A DNA stretch of 64,000 bases from Selaginella moellendorffii (Eukaryota; Plantae; Lycopodiophyta). Made by a program: the position numbers and the translations under genes. Positions 62,196 to 64,000 of the stretch are shown in pieces. The stretch is taken from the NCBI RefSeq assembly GCF_000143415.4, contig NW_003314321.1, forward strand, positions 506,236 to 570,235. Direction: 5' to 3'. The notes beneath the pieces are model-generated. The model was not told the DNA's origin, ran no database searches, and was given only the letters and a program-made list of their open reading frames with translations. The first letter of the stretch is position 1. The number at the start of each line of letters is the position of its first letter.

Positions 62196-62639
62196 GTAGT
62201 TTTGCACGCTCATTTTCATTTCAAGAGTTGAATTTCCTTGTTGGTTTTAATGCTTCTTTTCATTTCAAGGGAACCAAAAGCGAGACTTCTAAAGTCTAGC
62301 TAGCCTCCCTTGACTTTTTGATCTTGATCTTGCCTTAAGGACAATAGTGGGAACGATTTCCTCCACCTTAAGTCAAAGGACGCTAGCTAGAGTAGGCCAA
62401 AGATTGTAAGAACTCTTCAGGCCTGTTCTCTTGCCTGGACGGTTCTTGTTCACCTTCCTCTCCTCGACCTTCCCTGTCGGTTCTGGGAACCTCATGACCT
62501 TGCGGGTCTCAAACCTGACCAGCATTCTCGTTGCTTTGAATCTTGAGAATCTTGTTGTAGATGTGGACGTCTCCACGGTACTGGAAGAAATAAAAATGCC
62601 TCAGAGAAGAGTAAATTTACTCACGAAAGAATCACAATG

Positions 62640-62930
62640 ATAGAAGAACTGAACCAGGAAGGAATAACATTTTCTACATCCACTCGAAGTGGGTGCTTGG
62701 TGGTGGCCGGCGTCCGAGTAGGCCGAAACCAAAGCTGTCCACGAGCACACGTCTTTGTGAGGTATCTCGTAGAAAAGCTCGCGAGCGGTCTCAAGCTTCC
62801 CGAGGAAACTCACAAGAGCGCTTCCAACGCCAGCGTTGAGAGTGGCGGCAGCTGCGTCTGCATTTGCATGTACCAAAGCTCCCAGTCGCAAGTGTCCACA
62901 GGCCGCGTAGGAGTTGAGAGCTTCCACAAT
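62640..62930 (-). pseudogene. PPR (PLS) fragment
   Basis: VGSALVSFLGKLETARELFYEIPHKDVCSWTALVSAYSDAGHHQA; deleted and frameshifted. Confidence 0.8.
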
Positions 62931-63007
62931 TGCACTTTGCTCCTTCCAGCTGCATTCGTTGGAGCAATTCGATGTCCAGAGTTTTCGTGTTTAAACACGA
63001 TCAAGTT

Positions 63008-63132
63008 GACGGGATCCGCAAAATATTTTGACTAAAAGCGTTCAAATGGTGTTGATGACAGTCTTCTGTTTCACTTGTCGCGCTGTAACGTGACTCTATT
63101 TAACGACCGTGTGATTTTATAGTGGGTATCGC
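63008..63132. repeat. Diverged direct repeat, copy B
   Basis: Shares the collinear blocks listed for 58214-58380. Confidence 0.7.
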
Positions 63133-63379
63133 CAAGAATTTGTGGTTTAACTAAAGGTTATCAAACAAACTGATCGCCATTCTCAAAACCAGGAACGCAT
63201 CTTCTAAACTTCCGCACACTTACGATCGTGCTTCAAGAATCCAACCTTCAATAGGTTTCCCAGAGTCTACACTCCGCAAAGCAAGAAAAGAAAAGAAAAT
63301 CTGGTAACAAACCTTGCAGAAGCCAAAACAACATCTTGCAAAAGCGAACGTAGAAAACATCCCGATCCTGACGACAATA

Positions 63380-63660
63380 TCCATCCAAAGCAAGTGTACT
63401 TTCTCTGGCAAGCTTATAGATAAGCTTACCTTCGTCGACGATTCCACCAGCAATTGAGATGAAAGTCACCTTGTTTGTTGCAACACCTTCCAATTGCATC
63501 TGGCGAATCATCCCAGAGCCTGCGCGAAGCGAGAATGCTGGACATAACGATCATGCTCGAGTTGGTTCGATCAAAAACGTCCTTGGAACGTTCCAAGCTG
63601 CCACATTTCCCATATGGTCACCGATGCAGTCACCACAAACAAGTCAGCCTCAAGAACTTC
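63380..63660 (-). pseudogene. PPR fragment
   Basis: YGKCGSLERSKDVFDR and RQMQLEGVATNKVTFISI lie in different frames. Confidence 0.75.
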
Positions 63661-63699
63661 AACTTTCCCAGATTGTAAGTAAGCAAAGAGAATATCTTG

Positions 63700-64000
63700 T
63701 TACCAGTAGTCTCCACAGGAGCAAATCCCACCTTCAAAGTGATGAAACCGAGTTCCATCTCGGACAATAATCCGCCGGCCTGTGATCTTCGACGCCAGTT
63801 TCCCAACAGTATGACAGTCCGAGCACACCCTCAAGTTTTTGATGATCCTCAGCGTCGATCCTGGCGGGCTTGTGATCAACCCAAAACCCATGGCCATCTT
63901 CTCGCTGTGAAACTTGAGCAGCTCCTCTTTCTTGTCATCACTCACGTCGTGGAAAACGTCCCTGGTATCTGGAACATATCCTTCCTCCTCCTTCATCCGA
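63700..64000 (-). CDS. C-terminus of a PPR-DYW cytidine deaminase editing factor (gene continues beyond window)
   Basis: GYVPDT...HSEK...[10 protein letters not shown]...RFHHF..G.CSCGDYW*; zinc ligands intact. Confidence 0.95.
   Translation of the reverse strand, partial: RMKEEEGYVPDTRDVFHDVSDDKKEELLKFHSEKMAMGFGLITSPPGSTLRIIKNLRVCSDCHTVGKLASKITGRRIIVRDGTRFHHFEGGICSCGDYW

Overview
Eukaryotic land-plant nuclear DNA with very short spliceosomal introns (mostly 45-85 nt), tight gene packing and many PLS-class PPR sequences. This profile fits the lycophyte Selaginella (inference, not verified). The window has four zones. (1) 1-1.5 kb: the 3' part of an intron-containing DDAH-like amidinohydrolase with an intact Asp/His/Cys triad, unusual for a plant. 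(2) 1.5-20 kb: an AT-rich, CpG-poor block with a decayed LINE RT and a decayed Mutator-type transposase with a SWIM finger, split by an insert carrying a 12-bp minisatellite. Next come an F-box gene and a chain of unrelated gene fragments (F-box copy, D-arm-deleted tRNA-Phe, sigma factor, G3P permease, PPR-E, longin-like). (3) 20-58 kb: a dense gene block with CHIP, serine carboxypeptidase, DWNN/RING E3, PPR-E, two PB1/polyQ paralogs, F-box, a decayed kinase, TBL, RAB3GAP2, two tandem 2-ODDs, a long LEA, a CCHC zinc-knuckle protein, OSCA/CSC1, MFS, an HGSNAT-like gene and tRNA-Gln. (4) 58-64 kb: a decayed PPR-DYW array containing the most interesting feature, a head-to-head pair of mutually homologous intronless genes. 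One is a PD-(D/E)xK nuclease with intact motifs and one -1 frameshift. The other is an intact 508-aa ORF with a dead nuclease domain and a pseudokinase. The architecture resembles Crinkler/RHS effectors and fungal Spok killers, suggesting a possible split toxin-antidote or sensor-executor module. All calls are by eye from motifs; no database searches were run.
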